NCBI GenBank assembly: GCA_038229915.1
Contig: JBBRNY010000002.1
Span: 2,472 to 66,471, forward strand
Source: Candidatus Kapaibacterium sp.
GTDB lineage: Bacteria; Bacteroidota; Ignavibacteria; Palsa-1295
Reading direction: 5' to 3'
DNA: 64,000 nt
Of this stretch, positions 28,901 through 38,284 are shown piece after piece. The notes beneath the pieces are model-generated. The model did not search any database, was not told the origin of the DNA, and saw only the letters and a list, made by a program, of their open reading frames with translations. Each line of letters begins with the position of its first letter. Positions within the stretch are counted from its first letter, which is position 1. Position numbers and translations under genes: made by a program.

Positions 28901-29986
28901 ATGACTTACTTCAAATTTATTTATAGCACGATGGTGATGAGTTCAGCAAAACACACACGTCTCACACTGAAATCACTGATGGTTGCAGCACTGGTTTCAT
29001 TGGCCTTGACTGCCAATGCTCAGACCGGGAGCACGACCGCGGCAGACTTCACCAACGTTGGTTCAGGCGGCTCGCTCTTTACGAAGATCGGCGTCGGCGC
29101 ACGAGCAATGGGTATGGGTGGCGGATTCAGTGCATTAGCCGATGATATTACGGCGCTGTATTGGAACCCTGCCGGCGTGGCTCGCTTGCAAGGTATCAAT
29201 GCGAGCGCATCCTATACTGCATGGTTTGCGGGCATTACGCACAACTTTATTGCGGCTGTGTTCCCGATCAGCGATCGCTACCGCTTTGGTGTGAGTATGA
29301 CCGTGCTCGATAATGGTACGCTCGACAAAGCGACTATTGCAAAAGATATTAATGCCGGTACGTTCAATGCCAATGATATGGCAATCGGCGTAACGCTTGC
29401 TGGTGCACTGACCGACCGCTTCTCATTCGGAGCAACGGTAAAGTATATCAGAAGTGCTGTTCTTGATCTCAGTGCCGATGGGCTTGGCTTTGATGCCGGT
29501 TCGCTCTATCAGACTGATTTTTATCATTTGAAAATTTCATTGGCATTGTCGAATCTGGGTTCAGATCGCAACTTCCAAGGTAACTCGTTATCGGTGCTTG
29601 CACAAAACGATGCAAACTCGACGGCCGCAAAAAACAATGCGAAGTTGGTGACGAGTGATTACTCTTTACCATTGTCATTCCGCATTGGTATCGGTACCGA
29701 TGTGTTCCAGGGTGAATCACAAGATCAGAAGCTGAATGTTGGCTTTGACTTTGCAGCTCACTCCGACGGACCGGAGACCTATAATCTTGGTGGTGAGTAT
29801 ATCTGGAATGATATGGTTGCTATCCGCGCTGGTTATGGCTTCAATCAAGATCAATTAGGTCTTGGTCTTGGTGCTGGCTTCAAGTTTAAGAGCGAAGATT
29901 TTATGGGCTCGATCGACTATGCTATCAATACAACAAAGTCGCTCGGCGCTATCCATCGTGTGACGATCAGTACACAATTCCGTTAA
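28901..29986 (+). CDS. FadL/PorV-family outer membrane beta-barrel (candidate T9SS PorV or PorP/SprF-like partner)
   Basis: Signal peptide; N-terminal motif GARAMGMGGGFSALADDITALYWNPAG resembling FadL/PorV hatch motif (GRA.SG.GA.ADDA...NPA); ends ...TISTQFR. Confidence 0.55.
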   Translation: MTYFKFIYSTMVMSSAKHTRLTLKSLMVAALVSLALTANAQTGSTTAADFTNVGSGGSLFTKIGVGARAMGMGGGFSALADDITALYWNPAGVARLQGINASASYTAWFAGITHNFIAAVFPISDRYRFGVSMTVLDNGTLDKATIAKDINAGTFNANDMAIGVTLAGALTDRFSFGATVKYIRSAVLDLSADGLGFDAGSLYQTDFYHLKISLALSNLGSDRNFQGNSLSVLAQNDANSTAAKNNAKLVTSDYSLPLSFRIGIGTDVFQGESQDQKLNVGFDFAAHSDGPETYNLGGEYIWNDMVAIRAGYGFNQDQLGLGLGAGFKFKSEDFMGSIDYAINTTKSLGAIHRVTISTQFR

Positions 29987-30006
29987 TCATTCGTTTTATG
30001 TGTATC

Positions 30007-30041
30007 AACGCCTTTTTGACTTTGTCGAAAAGGCGTTTTTA
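30007..30041 (+). terminator. rho-independent terminator
   Basis: AACGCCTTTT(loop)AAAAGGCGTT + T5. Confidence 0.65.
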
Positions 30042-30097
30042 TTTGCAACAAACCGCCATTTCTTCGTATATTTCGGCAGAACATTCATCGTCGTATT

Positions 30098-31525
30098 ATG
30101 AAAAGAACCCTTCTGATCATCAGCATTCTTCTTTGTAGCAATGTATTGCTCGCTCAGTCACGTCAGGATATGACCTATCTTGATGCGGTGTCGTTTATGC
30201 GCAATAATGATTCAGTGCAAATTGAGGTCTATTACAGCATCATGCAAAAAGGCTTAAAATTTGAGAATCACGGTTCGGAGTGGGAAGCGAAGATCTATGG
30301 CGTGATAGAAATTTTGCAAGAAGGGAAAACTGTCGCGACACTTCAGATTCATAAATTCAAGCAGTTTTCTGGTTCGAAAGAAGCACTTGATAAACAAATG
30401 AGCGACGTTATCATTGACGGTGCAATGTTCAAAGTCGCCGCACATTCCAATACTGTCGCATTGCTCATCCTCGCGCCTCAAGAACCGAATGGTGTTTCGG
30501 ATACGATTCGTCGCCAGGTATTTGTCCCGATCAGAAAAGCTGACAAATTCCAATTTAATAGTATCGAACTTGCTACGTCTCTGAATCAAACAACAGACAA
30601 TAAGAATTTCTTCGAGAAGGTCGGGTATATGGTGATGCCAAACCCTTCGAACATTTATGGCGACAATTACAACAAACTTTATTATTACACCGAGCTGAGT
30701 TTGCCTAATGGCAATTATAGTGGTGACAAAGCCGAGGTTCAGCTTCGTGTGCTCGATGGTGAAGGACACGAGATGTACAAATCTTCACAGCCGGTCACGC
30801 TTTCTGTGGCGACCGTTCCGGTGCTTGGTACGGCAGAAATTGATGGGCTTCCGAGTGATAGTTATGTGCTCGAATTGACATTGATGAGAAACGGCGTTGC
30901 CGATACCAAAGTGCAACGAGTGTTCTACTATGACAGTGGTATTCAGATAGAAGAGCAAGCCGCTGAACAAAACTCTTCCGCTCCACTCGATGAGAAAACA
31001 CTCTATCTGATGTCTGATTTTAAGACGATGAGTGAGTTAGAACTTGATGAGCATGCGACCCAATCATTTTACGGAGCCTCGAGCAACACCACCAAAGAAT
31101 ATAAAAAACTTACTGATGTTGAATCGAAGCGAATGTTTCTCTTCACCTTTTGGCGAGCAGCCGACAAAAAAACACCAAATGCACAGCCATTGAGTATGTA
31201 TCGTGCGATGCTTGCGCGTGTTGCTGATGCGAACAAACAATTCTCATTTATGAAAGTACCGGGCTGGACAACCGACCGTGGGCGAGTGCTTATTCAATTC
31301 GGCAAGCCCGACCAGATAGATGCACAGCCTTTCGCAACAGACTCAAAACCCTATATGGTATGGCAATATACCTCGCAGCGTATGAAACTTAGCGGCGGCT
31401 TTCGAGCAGAATTTGTTTTTGTAGATAGACGAGGCAGCGGTAGTTACCAGTTAGTGCATTCCAATGTGCAAGGCGAAGTGTATCAACCTAATTGGTACGC
31501 AAACGAAGCACTACGTACACAATAA
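30098..31525 (+). CDS. GWxTD-domain protein (secreted)
   Basis: Signal peptide; C-terminal ...KVPGWTTDRGRVLIQFGKPDQ... = GWxTD signature. Confidence 0.8.
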   Translation: MKRTLLIISILLCSNVLLAQSRQDMTYLDAVSFMRNNDSVQIEVYYSIMQKGLKFENHGSEWEAKIYGVIEILQEGKTVATLQIHKFKQFSGSKEALDKQMSDVIIDGAMFKVAAHSNTVALLILAPQEPNGVSDTIRRQVFVPIRKADKFQFNSIELATSLNQTTDNKNFFEKVGYMVMPNPSNIYGDNYNKLYYYTELSLPNGNYSGDKAEVQLRVLDGEGHEMYKSSQPVTLSVATVPVLGTAEIDGLPSDSYVLELTLMRNGVADTKVQRVFYYDSGIQIEEQAAEQNSSAPLDEKTLYLMSDFKTMSELELDEHATQSFYGASSNTTKEYKKLTDVESKRMFLFTFWRAADKKTPNAQPLSMYRAMLARVADANKQFSFMKVPGWTTDRGRVLIQFGKPDQIDAQPFATDSKPYMVWQYTSQRMKLSGGFRAEFVFVDRRGSGSYQLVHSNVQGEVYQPNWYANEALRTQ

Positions 31526-31536
31526 ACTATCGTTCG

Positions 31537-32328
31537 ATGAGATCACTACTGGTGCTCGTCGGGATCATCATAGCTCGTTGTAGTTATGTGTTTGGGCTTC
31601 GCAAAACTGTCACGATCGAAAATTTGAAACGCGCATTCCCGACGTATCCCGATCGCGAGATACGAACGATCGCAAGAAAGTCATACAGCAATTTAGGGCG
31701 TGTGTTTGCCGAGATGGTCTATCTTCGATTTGCTTCGCTTGAGTCCATCTCACAAAAAACGATCATCATTAACCCAGAGCTTTATCACCGCTCGCTTGCC
31801 GAAGGTAATGGCTTGATCGTCGTGGCGGGGCATTATGCCAATTGGGAGTGGCTTGCGCTTGGTGGCGCAATGGGCTTGCATTCAAATTTTGCCATCGTTC
31901 GAAAAAATATTCAGACCTCCAATACCGAGCGTTTTCTTGAAGACCTTCGACTTCGTTCGGGTAATACCCTCATCAATTCTGGTAATACGTATCGAATGCT
32001 CCGGACACTTCGCGAAGGGAAGTGTGTTGCGATCCTTGCCGATCAAGCGGCACCATCTGAAAGCGTGAGGGTACGATTTTTCAATACGCTCGTCCCAACA
32101 TTTGAAGGACCGGCACGACTCGCTATTTCGAGTGGTGCGACGATGCTGTTTGCCGAGTGTCATTTGAACGATGACAATTCATATTCAATCGAGTTTCGCA
32201 AGATCGAACGGACGCCGAGCGATACTATTGAATCACTTACTCAAGCGCATACAATTTTCCTTGAGGCGATGATCGCCAAGAATCCTCAGTTCTGGCTTTG
32301 GCAGCATCGCCGCTGGAAAAATCTCTGA
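31537..32328 (+). CDS. lipid A biosynthesis (Kdo)2-lipid IVA acyltransferase family protein (LpxL/HtrB-like)
   Basis: N-terminal TM, ...ENLKRAFP..., HxxxxD-like region HYANWEW, typical ~265 aa LPLAT-LABLAT architecture; start ATG 31537 after upstream stop. Confidence 0.75.
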   Translation: MRSLLVLVGIIIARCSYVFGLRKTVTIENLKRAFPTYPDREIRTIARKSYSNLGRVFAEMVYLRFASLESISQKTIIINPELYHRSLAEGNGLIVVAGHYANWEWLALGGAMGLHSNFAIVRKNIQTSNTERFLEDLRLRSGNTLINSGNTYRMLRTLREGKCVAILADQAAPSESVRVRFFNTLVPTFEGPARLAISSGATMLFAECHLNDDNSYSIEFRKIERTPSDTIESLTQAHTIFLEAMIAKNPQFWLWQHRRWKNL

Positions 32329-33326
32329 TGAAAGTCCTCGTGATACAGACGGCATTTATCGGCGATGCGATCGTTTCGGTTGCATTTGCCGAGGCGCTGA
32401 AGAGTGCTGACCGCTCCTGTGATATCACGTATTTGGTCAGACCTGAATCTGTTAATGTATTAAAATATGCACCCGCTATCAATAGGGTGATTCCTTATGA
32501 TAAATATGGCGAAGAATCGGGGAGATCAGGAATAGAATCAAAAGCGAAAGAATTAAACGAGCTTGGCTTTGATGCCATTGTTTGCCTGCATAGCTCTGTG
32601 CGGACGCTAGAGCTTGTCAAGCGACTTAGTGCACCAATTAAGCTCGGAATAGTCTCAAACGATGTCTTTACGTCTCAAATAGTACCCGAAATAGGCGACG
32701 ATCAGGCAAGAATAGCCGTCCGTTTTGCCGAGAAGTTGAATGCTACTGTTGATACAAAATCTCTGCCAAAGCTCGATTTTCCGGAAGGACTCTTGCCGAA
32801 AGATTTTCTCTCGCTTCCTCGCCCTATCATCGGTATTGCCCCGGGGAGTGTCTGGAAAACGAAGCGTTGGACAGCAAGTCATTTCATTGAGCTTGCGAAT
32901 GTTCTGTGCTCAAAAGGCGTAAGTATCGTTTGGATCGGTCAAGAAGGAGATGTTGACGCAGAAATATTAGAATCCGTTAACCTATTCAAAAACAAGAGCA
33001 TAAATTATTTATCAAAGCTATCACTTGAAGAGTCGGGCGCTGTAATTCAGCACATTGATCTGCTTATTTCCAATGACAGTGCGCCAGTACATATTGCTAT
33101 TGCATCCGGAACACCGGTGATTGATATTTTTGGTCCAACGATACCCGAGTTTGGTTTTGCTCCGAGAGCTGAGTCGGGGCTAAGTATTGGGGTCGAGAAT
33201 TTATGGTGCCGCCCATGCTCTTCGCACGGTTCGAATGAATGCCCCATCCATACGCATCAATGTATGGAGGATATTAGTGTTGGGTCTGTGCTGAAGTTGA
33301 TTGAAAAATACATACTGATTGACTAA
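32328..33326 (+). CDS. glycosyltransferase family 9 (LPS heptosyltransferase-like)
   Basis: MKVLVIQTAFIGDAIVSVAF... N-terminus and ...SNDSAPVHIAIASGTPVIDIFGPT... C-terminal GT9 signature; start overlaps upstream stop (TGATG). Confidence 0.8.
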   Translation: MKVLVIQTAFIGDAIVSVAFAEALKSADRSCDITYLVRPESVNVLKYAPAINRVIPYDKYGEESGRSGIESKAKELNELGFDAIVCLHSSVRTLELVKRLSAPIKLGIVSNDVFTSQIVPEIGDDQARIAVRFAEKLNATVDTKSLPKLDFPEGLLPKDFLSLPRPIIGIAPGSVWKTKRWTASHFIELANVLCSKGVSIVWIGQEGDVDAEILESVNLFKNKSINYLSKLSLEESGAVIQHIDLLISNDSAPVHIAIASGTPVIDIFGPTIPEFGFAPRAESGLSIGVENLWCRPCSSHGSNECPIHTHQCMEDISVGSVLKLIEKYILID

Positions 33327-33343
33327 AATCAACTTTTAAAGAA

Positions 33344-33425
33344 TTGTCATTCTGAGCGCAAGCGAAGAATCTGAGCTTTCGGAATGCTTATATCTCAGAT
33401 TCTTCGCTAGCGCTCAGAATGACAG
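33344..33425. repeat. 82-bp near-perfect palindrome (two 32-nt arms, 18-nt loop), member of TGTCATyCTGAGCG family
   Basis: TTGTCATTCTGAGCGCAAGCGAAGAATCTGAG ...loop... CTCAGATTCTTCGCTAGCGCTCAGAATGACAG, 2 mismatches. Confidence 0.85.
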
Positions 33426-33515
33426 CAATGGTTGAGTTTAGTGAATCAGCGCCGAAAAAAGTGTTGTTATTGCATAATATGGAGGAAATAAGTCATTGAA
33501 CAATACAAAGCCGTT

Positions 33516-33734
33516 TTGTTGTTATTCTCTGCAATGAATAATTTTATTTCAAAGGTGATTCTCTTTTTAATGTTATCATTTGCGGCTCCGGCGGTGAATG
33601 CTATGCGTTCGATCGAGCGTTGCGACCCGATAGTCGTGTTTGATATGCAATCGAACAGGCGCAGACGCACGAGAATGTTCGAGCGCCGTTATGGCTTTTC
33701 GCCTACACCAAGATTTTCGGAGTTTGCACTATGA
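33516..33734 (+). CDS. hypothetical small protein with signal peptide (72 aa)
   Basis: MLLFSAMNNFISKVILFLMLSFAAPAVNA then Arg-rich tail; stop overlaps next ORF start (ATGA). Confidence 0.3.
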   Translation: MLLFSAMNNFISKVILFLMLSFAAPAVNAMRSIERCDPIVVFDMQSNRRRRTRMFERRYGFSPTPRFSEFAL

Positions 33735-33967
33735 GCGAGTACACTAAACTCTTAGATGATGAGATCTTTATGAAAGGCGAAATAAAGGGGCGTCTCGGGA
33801 CGGCATTGACGATCCTAACAGATATGCTGATCGAGCTGAACTCGCTTGAGCTTTATTATCAAAAACCTTCGACCAAAAGTATAAATCCTGCCGAAATAGC
33901 AGCACTCCGAACAAAGATCGACGAAACAAAAAGCATTCTCCATGATGCATTGCGATCTGAGCGATGA
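33731..33967 (+). CDS. hypothetical small helical protein (78 aa), translationally coupled to mntH
   Basis: ATGA overlaps at both ends (33731 and 33964). Confidence 0.4.
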   Translation: MSEYTKLLDDEIFMKGEIKGRLGTALTILTDMLIELNSLELYYQKPSTKSINPAEIAALRTKIDETKSILHDALRSER

Positions 33968-35841
33968 AAGATCACATCTCACTATCAGATGTTCATAAAT
34001 CTGTTCCGGTGCCAAAAGCCGGAACAGGAATCAGTTTCTTCCGACGATTATTTGCCTTTGGTGGTCCTGCCTATTTAGTCAGTGTCGGTTATATGGACCC
34101 TGGCAATTGGGCTACCGATCTCGAAGGTGGTGCAAGATTTGGTTATGCACTGCTCTGGGTATTAGTCTTATCCAACTTAATGGCATTGTTGCTCCAGACA
34201 CTTTCTGCGCGGCTTGGTATCGTCACTGGGCGCGACCTGGCGCAATCGTGTCGCGATGAATATCCTAAACCAGTTACTATTGCACTGTGGATACTCTGCG
34301 AAATCGCTATTGTTGCGTGCGATCTTGCCGAAGTGCTTGGGACAGCGATCGCAATTAATTTGCTCTTTGGGCTGCCAATGATCTGGGGTGTTTGTATCAC
34401 AGCGCTCGATGCGTTTGTGTTACTTGCATTACAACGTCTCGGTATGCGAAAACTCGAAGCGGGTATTATCGCGATGGTGCTGTTGATCGGCGGATGTTTT
34501 TTGACGGAGATCATTTTGGCTTCGCCCAATTGGGGTGATGTCGCAACAGGCCTTGTGCCAACATTGCCGATAGGGAGTTTGGTGATCGCTATCGGGATCA
34601 TCGGCGCAACAGTGATGCCGCATAATCTGTATTTGCATTCAGCGCTGGTACAAACGCGAAAGTTTGGGCAAGATGATGCAGGCAAGCGCGAAGCTTGTAA
34701 GTTTAATTTTTTCGATGCATTCATTGCGCTCAACGGTGCTTTTTTTATTAATGCCGCGATCTTGATCTTAGCGGGCTCGGTCTTTTTTACAAAGGGTATT
34801 GCGGTCACTGAGATAGGGCAAGCGCATACGCTGCTATCGCCACTACTCGGCACGGCGTTTGCCGGAATATTATTTGCTGTAGCGTTGCTTGCGAGCGGGC
34901 AATCATCAACCGTGACGGGTACACTTGCCGGGCAGATCGTGATGGAAGGATTTCTACATCTTCGCATTCGCCCCGTCGTTCGTCGTATCATCACACGCTC
35001 GCTTGCGATCATCCCTGCGGCATTGGTCATTGGCATTATGGGTGATAGCTCTACACTTGATCTGTTGATCACCTCGCAAGTTGTTCTGAGTTTGCAGCTT
35101 TCGTTTGCGGTGATACCACTGATCCATTTTACGAGCAGTAAGCGATTGATGGGTGAGTTCGCAAATTCGATCTGGGTCAAGATCGGCTCGTGGCTAACTG
35201 CGGCTATCGTCTTAGGACTCAACATCGGTCTTGTATTTGATAAAGAGCAGTCATTACTCGCCGATCCATCAACTCGAATGACCGGTATTATCGCTTTGCC
35301 ATTTCTTGTGATTGTTGGGGCGTTATTGTTTTATATAATTATTAAACCAATGCTCAGGTCAGTGCGTGAGTATCGGTTGCACACTGCTCCGAAAATACTT
35401 GATGCTTCGACGCTCGACGTTACGGCGCAACAGTACAAGACCATTGGTGTTGCTGTCGAAGGTAATGGTAATGACGAGCAGGTGATACGCCAAGCAATGG
35501 CGCTTGCGGCAACGGGTGCGACGATCGTGCTGATCCATATTATCGGTTCGGCTATCACCTCATTTCATCGCGAACAGACGCGTGACACCGCCGCCCGTAA
35601 CGGCGAAGAATATCTCCGCTCGTTGCGCCAGCAGTTAGAATTTAAAACACCGTTTGCCATCAAGACGGTGACCGGTTTTGGTATGCCGCCGAAAGAATTG
35701 GTGCGCATTGCCAATGAAGAATCTCTTGAACTTTTAGTAATGCGTTCGCACGGACATCGTGGCTTGAAAGATATTATTTTTGGTGCGACGATCTCGCCAG
35801 TACGACATAAACTCAAGATACCAATATTTATTGTAAAATGA
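33964..35841 (+). CDS. mntH: Nramp-family divalent metal (Mn2+/Fe2+) transporter fused to C-terminal universal stress protein (UspA) domain
   Basis: GYMDPGNWATD Nramp motif, 11 TM helices, then ~150-aa Usp-like alpha/beta domain (...VLIHII...ELLVMRSHGHRGLKDIIFGATISPVRHKLKIPIFIV). Confidence 0.85.
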   Translation: MKDHISLSDVHKSVPVPKAGTGISFFRRLFAFGGPAYLVSVGYMDPGNWATDLEGGARFGYALLWVLVLSNLMALLLQTLSARLGIVTGRDLAQSCRDEYPKPVTIALWILCEIAIVACDLAEVLGTAIAINLLFGLPMIWGVCITALDAFVLLALQRLGMRKLEAGIIAMVLLIGGCFLTEIILASPNWGDVATGLVPTLPIGSLVIAIGIIGATVMPHNLYLHSALVQTRKFGQDDAGKREACKFNFFDAFIALNGAFFINAAILILAGSVFFTKGIAVTEIGQAHTLLSPLLGTAFAGILFAVALLASGQSSTVTGTLAGQIVMEGFLHLRIRPVVRRIITRSLAIIPAALVIGIMGDSSTLDLLITSQVVLSLQLSFAVIPLIHFTSSKRLMGEFANSIWVKIGSWLTAAIVLGLNIGLVFDKEQSLLADPSTRMTGIIALPFLVIVGALLFYIIIKPMLRSVREYRLHTAPKILDASTLDVTAQQYKTIGVAVEGNGNDEQVIRQAMALAATGATIVLIHIIGSAITSFHREQTRDTAARNGEEYLRSLRQQLEFKTPFAIKTVTGFGMPPKELVRIANEESLELLVMRSHGHRGLKDIIFGATISPVRHKLKIPIFIVK

Positions 35842-36386
35842 AGCTCTACACAAAAACAGGAGATGACGGCACGACAGGATTATTCGGAGCCGGACGCGTA
35901 AGAAAAGATTCGCAACGCATCCGTGCGTATGGCGACATTGACGAACTCAATAGTGTGCTCGGTGTTGCTCGGTCACGATCGCATTCTGAAATTTTTGGTA
36001 ATATTTTTGATGAACTTCAACGCTTGCTGTTTATTCTCGGTGCTGATCTTGCTACACCAATGACCGTTAAGAGCGCATTGGTACCAAGGATCCTCGCTTC
36101 GGATGCGACTGATCTTGAAGTACATATCGATCGTTTCGAAGCCGAGCTTCCGCCACTGACACATTTTGTATTACCCGGAGGTTCGGAGTTATCTTCGGCA
36201 CTGCATCACGCCAGAACGGTTGCCAGACGGGCAGAGCGCGAGATCGTCACGCTTGCAGATACCGAAGAGATAGGATCGTTCGTATTACAATTTATCAATA
36301 GACTTTCCGATCTGTTGTTTGCGATGGCGCGCTATGCAAACGTCAAGACAGGCCAGGAAGAAATATTATGGAGCGGAAAGCGGTAG
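35838..36386 (+). CDS. PduO-type ATP:cob(I)alamin adenosyltransferase
   Basis: KLYTKTGDDGTTGLFGAGRVRKD... N-terminus and 182-aa length characteristic of PduO/MMAB family; ATGA overlap with mntH. Confidence 0.85.
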   Translation: MKLYTKTGDDGTTGLFGAGRVRKDSQRIRAYGDIDELNSVLGVARSRSHSEIFGNIFDELQRLLFILGADLATPMTVKSALVPRILASDATDLEVHIDRFEAELPPLTHFVLPGGSELSSALHHARTVARRAEREIVTLADTEEIGSFVLQFINRLSDLLFAMARYANVKTGQEEILWSGKR

Positions 36387-36389
36387 GTC

Positions 36390-38114
36390 TTAGAACGAGA
36401 AATTTTGGGTGTAGGTCAGCGTCGCGAGAATCTCGACGAACGGTGCGATCAGCGGCGGCGCAGTAGAATTTTCGGTTGCATACATCGAGAACGACAGTGT
36501 TCCTTGTGATGACAACCGATAACTTGAATTAATACTTTCAGTAAACGTACTGGTCTTGCTATTGGTCAGCGAGATCGCTGTTTGTGTAAATCCGAGCGAT
36601 GCACCCACCGACAATTTATTTTCGATAAATGATTTTGATCCGTTAAAGGTAATACCACGAAGGGAAGTCGAAGTGGTAGATTGTTTTGTATCGGCAATTA
36701 AGATCGATGCCCCAAGACTTGCGCCTTCTTTTAAGAATGAAATATTATAATTGATCGTCCCACTCGTCGTTTGGGAGTTGGCATATTTGTTGGTAAAAAT
36801 ATTTTGGTCGGTGTAATCTTGATACGAAGCTGAAACAACAATAGACTGAGTTGTTGCCGTTGAAATAAATAGAAGTCGAGGTGTGATAGATGCTGATTGC
36901 GACACACTACTGACGCGAGTTGAATCGTTGATCAAATTACTTTTCGAACCACCTTGTTGGGTCGAATAATTCGAGTAGTTCATATCAATACCAAAAACTT
37001 GTGAGGGGTTTATACTAATATTACCAGAGCCTATCAAACGTTGTGTGCGCGCCTGTTTGGTGCCGAGCACGTTATCATATTGCACACCAACAGAGCCGGA
37101 AGCGCGAAGTTTGTTCTCGAATGCGTCAAAGCCAGGAGCAATAGTATAATTTTCGATGTCGGTCGTGTAATAGTACGCGCCGAGCGAAGCGTAGTCGGGT
37201 TCGACACGTTCGTAGCCTAAGCGAATATTGAAATGCGGCACACGAAATGCCAAGCCTGTTGTCGAAGCGATCAGGAGATTCGTTGATGAACGAGTATCAA
37301 TGAGCCACTGCAAACTTTTTGGTATCTGGGTTGAATCAATCGTCTGCGAACGAATATCACGCGTGAGTATGCTTGCCGATACTTCGCCATCGAAGGTTAA
37401 TTGCGGAATGATCTTGATCTTCGTGTTCAAACCGAGAACGGTATTTTCTTCTGGAAAAAGATCTATTGTGGTCGGGTGACGCATGAGCGAAGCAGAGTCA
37501 TCTTTAGCGTGAAGATAAATAATATCAAAAAATGCTTTGTCATCGCCATACCCGATCTTCGCCGCAAAGCCCATTCGCTTATATGCCGGTTGGATGGAAA
37601 TATTGTTGGTGTCTTCTTCGACCGCACGTTGGAAGCGGCCATACATTACTGACAGACGAAGCGGATCGGGATTGAGATCGAGCCCGGCACCCAAAAACGA
37701 AATTCCCGCAAGCGTATATTTCGAATAGGTGAGCGACCGATAGCCGAGATGAAGCGTTGCCCATTTGTACTGAGGCGATACACCGATCTGATCGAACGGC
37801 TGACGAAAATCACTTTCCTGGTCGGACAAGATAAATGTAAATGGGAGCGAAACGCCATAAATGGAGACGGTGGGCGAACCTATAAGTGTCCAACTGGTCG
37901 GTGGGCGGCGGCGTGGCGCACCCGAGACCGAATACTTACTTCCAGACACACTGATCGACCCATCGATGGCAAAGGGCTTGATCTCCTCGGGGTTCGAGAG
38001 ATCTTGCGAGCGTAGATTTTTGGTGTCAATACAGGTAAAAATCGCCATAACGGCAACCAAAAGGGCATATTTGCCCCAACGACCTGTTGATATATATTGA
38101 CACAGCCAATTCAT
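36390..38114 (-). CDS. hypothetical outer membrane beta-barrel protein
   Basis: Signal peptide MNWLCQYISTGRWGKYALLVAVMAIFTC; S/T/Y/N-rich beta-strand repeats; ends ...TYTQNFSF; divergent from ABC transporter pair. Confidence 0.55.
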   Translation of the reverse strand: MNWLCQYISTGRWGKYALLVAVMAIFTCIDTKNLRSQDLSNPEEIKPFAIDGSISVSGSKYSVSGAPRRRPPTSWTLIGSPTVSIYGVSLPFTFILSDQESDFRQPFDQIGVSPQYKWATLHLGYRSLTYSKYTLAGISFLGAGLDLNPDPLRLSVMYGRFQRAVEEDTNNISIQPAYKRMGFAAKIGYGDDKAFFDIIYLHAKDDSASLMRHPTTIDLFPEENTVLGLNTKIKIIPQLTFDGEVSASILTRDIRSQTIDSTQIPKSLQWLIDTRSSTNLLIASTTGLAFRVPHFNIRLGYERVEPDYASLGAYYYTTDIENYTIAPGFDAFENKLRASGSVGVQYDNVLGTKQARTQRLIGSGNISINPSQVFGIDMNYSNYSTQQGGSKSNLINDSTRVSSVSQSASITPRLLFISTATTQSIVVSASYQDYTDQNIFTNKYANSQTTSGTINYNISFLKEGASLGASILIADTKQSTTSTSLRGITFNGSKSFIENKLSVGASLGFTQTAISLTNSKTSTFTESINSSYRLSSQGTLSFSMYATENSTAPPLIAPFVEILATLTYTQNFSF

Positions 38115-38284
38115 ATAATAAGACGTACGAACCGAGCACACAAAATCGGTTCTATTCCCTAATACAAATCTAACTAATTTTTCGATGTCTTGCCCTAAAA
38201 AACTGAAAATTAATAGTTTGGAGTGTGGTCGTGGTATATTTGCAATGCGAATATATTCAAGCGAAACTAATAACTGCTTAACAA

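Noticed and set aside
34143-35225. 360-aa minus-strand ORF inside mntH
   Set aside because: Antisense shadow ORF of the Nramp gene (Ala/Ser/Pro-rich, no start context).
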